From the NCBI RefSeq assembly GCF_029232205.1, contig NZ_CP107255.1:240001-272000 (forward strand): a stretch of DNA of 32,000 nucleotides, written 5' to 3'. Numbering within the stretch: the first letter of the stretch is position 1; each line of letters starts with the position of its first letter. Position numbers and translations under genes: made by a program. Below the pieces are notes generated by a model. That model was given only the letters and a program-made list of their open reading frames with translations, made no database searches and was not told the origin of the DNA. Positions 25,201-31,200 of the stretch are shown piece by piece. Source of the stretch: Candidatus Saccharimonadota bacterium (GTDB taxonomy: Archaea > Nanohalarchaeota > Nanosalinia > Nanosalinales > Nanosalinaceae).

Positions 25201-28200
25201 AGACCCCATTCATTTTGACTGCGGTTGTTTAGTCCGATCCATTCTTCTGTTTGGGCATTTTGAATCTCTACGTTTCTTAGATGGCTGTCAGTTGCTGTTA
25301 GATTGATGTTCACTGTTGCATTGCTTCTCATTGTTTCGAAGCTCGCGTTGGTTCCCAGATTGGATAGGCTTGGAGGAGTATCGTCTACGGTGTAGGTCTT
25401 GCTGTCGTTCTTTATGCTGTTTCCTGCCTTGTCTGTTGCTGTGATATTGAGGTATCCATCGTTGTCTATCTCAACATCCTGTACCCAGATCGATCCATTC
25501 CAGAACAGGCTTTCTCCTTCTGCCGTTACTTCTGAGATGGTCTCATCTGACTCAGAGCTTACATTCACAGTAGTTCTAACTGTGCTGTTTGATTGGATTA
25601 TAGAGTCATTTAGAGTTATTTCTGATATTGAAGGCGGGTTATCGTCTATCTTCAAGGTGTAGTTTGCTGTTGCATTGTTTCCTGGCTTGTCAGAGGCCTT
25701 TAGCACAAAGGTGCAGTTTTCGGTTACTCCACTGTTACATCCTAGGGATGACGGTGTTCCCTCGTAGTACCAATCTGAGTCAGAGCTATTGCTCATATCT
25801 GTGCCGTTTACAGTTACTTCCTGTAGGGATGCATCTTCTACTGTTGCCGTTAGTTTGATGGTATCATCGCTTCTGCTCGTATTGAATGTTGCATTGGAGG
25901 TAAAGTTGCTGATACTTGGAGGATTACTGTCTTCTTCAACGTATACTGTTTTACTGTCGTTAAGGTTTCCTGCTTTATCTGTTGCTTCCAGAGTGAACGT
26001 TGAAGTATTGAATACCTCGAAAGTACAGCTGTAACCTGTGCCTGTTGTAGAAGTCATGTTACAGCGGTTTACTGTGTCATTTCTGATCTTCACTGTGTTC
26101 AGTGTAGGATCTGATACATTTGCTGTAAATTCTACAGACTCTCCTGCTCTAACAACACTTGTATTTGCTGAGAAGTTTGCTACAGAAGGCCTTACATCGT
26201 CTATTGTTATGTTTAGTGTATCGCTTTGCTGGTTATCTGCCTTGTCTGTTGCTGTGAGGCCTAGTAGGCATTCTAGGTTTTCTCCTGATGGGCATCCGTC
26301 TCCTATTATGCTGGCTGTTCTCTGGATGGTCCAGTTATCTCCGTCTTGGTTCATTACAGTGCCGTTGAGTTTCACGTTTCTTAGGTTATCGTCTGTTACG
26401 TTTGCACTGATTGTGAAGGCCTCATCGCTTCTGACTACTCCGTAGGTAGTGTTTTCTGTGAAGCTGTTGATTGTTGGCGGTGTGTTGTCGATTGTGTAGT
26501 TGGCAGTTATGTTGTTTCCTACGTTTCCTGCTAGGTCTTCTGCTGTAACGTTTACAGGGTTCTGTGTTGTGCCATCTACAGTAATATTTGCCTGCCAGGT
26601 TCCGTTGATTTGTGTCATTTCCACGCCGTTTGCCCACGCAGTGTCCATTGCATCTTCTTCTATGGTGGCCTTTACGAGAATTTCTGTGCTTCCTTGGATT
26701 ATATAGTCGCTTAGCTCTACACTGGTTATCTGCGGTGCTCCGTTGTCAATTCTCAGGTCGTAAGTTGTTGTGTTTGTGTTGTCTGCTTTGTCTGTTGCTC
26801 TGGCGTTTATTGTGTATGCCTGTTCGTTGACCATTCCCAGTGAGGCCGGGGTAGTTTCAATGTACCATGTGTCGCCATTTCCTTTGGTTAGGTCAATGTA
26901 GCTATCTGAGCTCTTGTTTTCTATTTCTACCGTTCTCAAGTTTTCGTTGTCTGTCGACTGAAGGTCAAATCTCAGATATGTATCACTGCTAGCTATGTCA
27001 TTAAATCCTCCGTTACTTGCATTTGAGTCAAAGCTATCGATTGTTGGCGGCGTATCATCAATTGTGTAACTGATGCTTGCGGTTTCGATGTTCTCTGCCT
27101 TGTCGTAGGCTGTGAAGTTTACTATTCCATCATCGGCTGTTACCTGTCCCGTCCAGTTATCGCCGTTCTGGTTAAGGTTATTTCCTTCTGCAAGAACTCT
27201 GTCAACAGCAACTTCGTCAGTTACATTGGCCCATACTGAGAGTACAGTACCGCTCTGAACGTAGTAGTCATCTATTGAGGCCTCGTTGATTGTTGGAGCA
27301 AGGTTGTCGTAGTATGTGTATGCATTGGCGTTGTAATTGGTTGAACCGAATCCAAGTCTGTCCTGTGATGTTGCCTTGAGAGTGTAGTTACCTGACGGCT
27401 CCATGTTTGGATTCCACTCTACTTCACAATGGTAGTTTGGATCTGCGAAGGTACACTCTCCTGTGTTCAAAGGCCCGTATACGCTGCCGTTGGTGTAGGC
27501 CAAGCTGAATTCTGTTCCTGTTCTGTTGAATGTGTCTTCGTCAATTGTCACGTTGAATCCTACTACCTCGCTACCGTTGGTGTATGTTAGGTTGGAGTTG
27601 AACTGGCTTAGCTGAGGTGGCGTGTTATCTACGAAGAAGTCTAATGTTTCAGTTCTCTGATTTCCTTCAGTGTCAGAGGCCTCAATGCTTAGGCTGTGTG
27701 TTCCATCTGAAAGGCCTAATCCACTGGTATCGATGTCTGTGAAGTACTCATAGCCACTTCCGCTTAGTGCGTTCCAGCCATTTGAGTCGATCTGGTAGTT
27801 GTATGTCGATGAGTCGCCGTTGCCGAGTGTGTCCTGAATGCTTGCGTTGAAGACGTTGCTTTCTTTGAGGTGGCCATTCTTGACGCTGTTGTAGCCTACT
27901 TCAAGTTCTGCGATGGCGTTAGCTATGCCTACTCCGCTCTGACTGTAGCTTCCCTGGAACTTGGTCCCCGTCTTTCTGTATAGTTCCTGGACTTCTGAGT
28001 TTGTAAGTGCGGTGTCGTATACCTGTACTTCGTCCATTGATCCTTCGAAGTAGTTAGATATTCCACCGGAACAGCCTGTATCGATGTCGGCTCCAATCAT
28101 AAAGTTGCAGCCATTGTAGTTTAATGTTACAGAGCCTATTTCCTGTTTATCTACCATTTTTCCGTCTACGTACCACTTGACTTCGTTACCGTCATATGAC

Positions 28201-31200
28201 GTGGAGATGAAGGTCCATTCATTCATTGGTAGCTTGCCAGCACTAGCTGTGTAAGTCTGATCATCAATTATGGTTCTCAGGTACTGGTTGTTTTCGAACA
28301 ACATTGCTTCGTTTGCTCCGCTACCATCAGGTCGACCCATGAAGAAGACGTTGCTCTTATTGTATTTTACCCAGGCTGAGTATGTGAATTGCTGTAGATC
28401 CATGCTGCTTGGGCTGCTGACGTTTACGTAGTCATCTGAACCATCAAATTTGAAGGCCTGAGTATTTGATATCCCTTCTGAACCTGTGTTAATTCCGTTC
28501 TGCGTTGTTCCATCATTGTTGTTTCCGGAGTAGTCTGTTACTGTTCCTCCGCTACCGCTGACGGCCTGGTCCATTCTCCAGTATCCTACTAGGTTGTCTC
28601 CTGCGGTTCCATCCTGGTATCCGATTCCTAGGTCACCGCTGTTTGCGTCTCTGTCTGCTGTGAGGCCGTTAAATGTTCCTGATTCCCAGTCTGCTTCGCT
28701 GCTGATGTTGGCCATTATATTTCCGTTGCTGTCTTTGAGTGCAATCCAGCCTATTTCAGGTGAACCTGTTGGATAATCGCTTGTTAAGTCGATGTCTAGG
28801 TCTGCTCCACCGTCTGTTGCGCCAAAGTCTAGTTCGTAGTCTGTGACTGTTGGAATTATGTTAACTGTCTCAGTTTTTCCATTGTCCGTGACTTGGATTG
28901 TGGCCTCGCTGTATAGCTGTTCTTTGAAGCTAATTCTTGGTGCGGTGTTATCTACTATTACATTTTGTACACTGCTCTGGTCCTGGTTGTCTAGTGTATC
29001 GCTTCCCTTGACCCATAGTTTGTATGCACCATCTGCAAGGTTTGTGGTGTCTACATTTGTTGAGTAGCTTGTTCCACTGTCGAATCCTACTGATCCAAAC
29101 CCTGTTCCTGATGGTGTGAAGTTTCCACTGCTGTTCTCAAGCGCGTACTTCATTGACCCTGTATCTGGGTTGCTTGGTAATACTGTTACATCGTCGAAGT
29201 AAGCGTTTACGTCGTCGAGGCCTGACTCCGTTCCACATAGGTCTGCTCCGTCTACTTGGATTGTCAGTGTTTCTGCGTTGCTTGGAACTTTGAATCCTTG
29301 TCTTACTGTTCTTAGGCCTGTGCCCGATGAGTAGTGGCTGGCCCATACTCCTTTCTTTTCTTTGATTATGCTTCCGCTGTTCCAGGCCTTGATGTGTAGT
29401 CTTGTATCTGCTTCTGCTCCGTACTGTCCATCGTATGCTTCTCCGTCTGTTTCTGTACAGATTCCTTGGCTCATGTCTGCGTAGAGATCGGCCTTCACTT
29501 CGATTGTCTGGTCTCGGAGTTCTGTGGTTGTTGCTGTGCTGATGTTTTGGCTGCCTTTTGCGTTTGGATATACAGCTGTTGATGCGAATCTTCCGCAGTC
29601 TCCGCCGTTACACTGTCCTGACTGTACTGTTCCTCCGCCGCTATATGTCCATGCGCCTGTGTTCCCGTTTTCGAAGTCCCAGTTCTGAAGCTGGTAGAAT
29701 CGGTCTGCTAGTGTTGCTTGTAGTGTCTGGGTTCCTGAGATGCTTTCGCCGGAGTTAATATTGTCTATGGATGTCTTTGGCTTGGCTCCGTCGACCTGTA
29801 CTGTTGCGTAGTTTTCGAAGGCGTTCTGGATGTTGCCTGGGGTGTCTGTTGCTAGTGCTAGGAAGGACTGTGTTCTGTTAATAGTTATATCGCAGCTGTA
29901 TGTGCTTCCGCCTTCTTTGGTGAATTCGCTGTTTGTACAGATTGTTTCGTTTCCTGAGGTGTCGCGGCCTTCGAAGTTTTCGAGGAACGTTTCGTCCAGG
30001 TTGATGTCTGTTATGTCTGCTTTAACTGTTACTGTGCTTCCTGGCGCTACTGGTGTTGATGGACTTGCTCTTACATTGGTTATACTTGGTGCTGTGTTGT
30101 CAATCTTGAACTTCATGGTTTTTGTGTTGGTATTCCCTAGATCATCTTGGGCCTCTACTGTGATCTGGTAGTTTCCGTCTGCTTCGGTTGTTGTGTCTAG
30201 GACTGCTCCGTATGAGGATCCTCCGTTTGTTCCTAGGTCGGTCCATGAAACAATAGTATCTGTTACAGTACCATCGCTATCGAGTTCCTCTATCTTGTAG
30301 TCATAGGTTGTTGGATCTCCGTTTTCCAGAAGATCGTAAATTGTCTCGTTGAAGCTTGTCTGGCCCTGCACGTTTCCTGTTTTGATATTTCTGGCATCTA
30401 CTGTTAGCTGGCCTGGGTTTTCTGTCAAGTCAATATTTCTGATCTGGTACAGGCCTGAGTATTTCTCGATTTCGCTTGCTGTCTCTTCAAATTCTCCTGG
30501 ATCATTGATTGTTCCTGCTGAAGTGTCGCCATCCAGGTAACCTATTTGCAGGCTTCCCGGCTGTGCATCTGGGGTTGTTCCATCAAAGTTACCGTCTTTC
30601 CACTGTGTCTCTGTTGTGAGGTTTTCAAGCAGGCCTCCCTGAGCTCCGTTGAGTTGTAGCGAGTCTAGTACTGGTGTGGAAGTTACCTGGTCTGTTGCGA
30701 GTTTGACGGAAATTGTTGCTGTTGTACCGTCAAGGTCTGAAAGGTCTGCAGTCGTTACTCCTGATTTTCTGAGGTTTACTATAATAGTATCTCCTGTATC
30801 TGTCTCTACTTTAACCCATGCCTGGTTGTAGATATTTTCTTCGTATGTTATCTCAGGAGGAGTGTTGTCAAACTGTGGTGTTACCTTTACAGTATTTCTA
30901 TTTCCGGCCTTGTCCTCAGCAACCACATACACATCATGGTTTCCATCCTCAAAGTTCGTTGTATCAACATCTGCCGTCCAAGGCCCTCCACCTGTCAGCG
31001 ATCCTGACGTGTTTGTTCCATCTGCCTTTGTGATCTTGTACTCTGGGGAATTGGTATCTAGGTGGCTGTCGCTGATGCTTGCATCAATAGTGATTGTTCC
31101 TGTTACAGGGCTGCTTGGAGGCTGATTAATTGTGATACTTGGCTTTGTATCATCTGTATCTACCTGAACTGTCTGGTAGTTAATGTTGCCGAGTGTGTCA

